Assembly: GCA_032249095.1 (NCBI GenBank)
Contig: JAVVGN010000013.1
Span: forward strand, 9,176 to 33,175
DNA length: 24,000 bases
Origin: Candidatus Caldarchaeales archaeon
GTDB lineage: Archaea > Thermoproteota > Nitrososphaeria_A > Caldarchaeales > Calditenuaceae
Reading direction: 5' to 3'
The translations under genes were made by a program, and so were the position numbers. The notes under the pieces were generated by a model, which had not been told where the DNA came from, did no database searches, and was given only the letters and a program-made list of their open reading frames with translations. The number at the start of each line of letters is the position of its first letter. Positions within the stretch are counted from its first letter, which is position 1. This document shows, piece by piece, positions 23,639 through 24,000 of this stretch.

Positions 23639-24000
23639 CTAGTTCTCCAAGAGTTGCTTGATTCGCTCGGCGTACTGAGGGACCAGCCATCGCCAATCGT
23701 ACTTCAGTTCCACCAACCTCCTCGCATAAGCAGCCCGGGCAGGCGCCCCGTCTCGATCCGTTGATGCCTCCACAATAACGGCTGCGAAGTCCGAAGGCTC
23801 TCTATTCCACGCAATGTAGGCGCCTTTATCATCTATTACGCTCAACCTAGCAGGTGTAGCGACCATCGCCAAGGGCCTCGACGCGGCCATGTACTCGAAG
23901 AGCTTCTGCTGAGGTGAGTAATATGTTCCCAAAACGTCGCCTATAGGTAGCAGAAGAACGTCTGCCGTTTTCAGCATGCTCATTCTAAGCGGCGCATAGG
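23639..24000 (-). CDS. Glycosyltransferase (GT-B, C-terminal part; 5' end beyond the window)
   Basis: The frame is open to position 24000. ADVLLLP ... SPQQKLFEYMAASRPL is the GT1/GT4 C-terminal pattern. Confidence 0.65.
   Translation of the reverse strand, partial: YAPLRMSMLKTADVLLLPIGDVLGTYYSPQQKLFEYMAASRPLAMVATPARLSVIDDKGAYIAWNREPSDFAAVIVEASTDRDGAPARAAYARRLVELKYDWRWLVPQYAERIKQLLEN

Noticed and set aside
1-24000. CRISPR arrays, tRNA or rRNA genes
   Set aside because: By eye, no regularly spaced direct repeats, no tRNA-like T-arm/acceptor patterns and no rRNA-like sequence were seen. A tRNAscan or Infernal run would be needed to exclude small RNAs formally.

Overview
This is a compact archaeal chromosomal segment. 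aEF-1beta with its Zn-ribbon partner, TATA boxes about 30 nt from start codons, many TTG/GTG starts and ATGA/GTGA gene overlaps point to a crenarchaeote-like hyperthermophile. No rRNA, tRNA or CRISPR array was seen.

Gene content, in order:
1. A nitrous-oxide reductase module. nosY(start)-nosF-nosD-membrane protein-nosL-cupredoxin lie on the minus strand, divergent from nosZ. nosZ is split by a frameshift and is followed by an HTH_10 (Bat-type) regulator.
2. A sugar locus: a GH78 alpha-L-rhamnosidase interrupted by a single in-frame TAA, a DegT-family aminotransferase, and a CUT1-type sugar ABC transporter. The ATPase is on the plus strand; two permeases and the binding protein are on the minus strand.
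3. The Zn-ribbon protein plus aEF-1beta.
4. A C-terminally anchored repeat protein whose signal-peptide-like N-terminus has no canonical start codon, and a Zn-dependent alcohol/threonine dehydrogenase.
5. The most unusual region, 18457-20018. A divergent, short IS110-like recombinase ORF sits inside about 730 bp of noncoding DNA. Directly after its stop codon is a 138-nt nested-helix element. The two strands of its 17x17 internal loop share a constant frame and carry variable 9-mers. These 9-mers match the left and right edges of the noncoding block on opposite strands and bracket a duplicated AAAATT. This resembles a bridge-RNA-guided insertion, but it is inference from sequence only.
6. A glycan-biosynthesis cluster: epimerase, GT4 glycosyltransferase, Wzx-like flippase and a second glycosyltransferase running off the window.

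Three genes carry single lesions (nosZ frameshift, rhamnosidase nonsense codon, missing start codon). This suggests sequence errors, recent decay or recoding.
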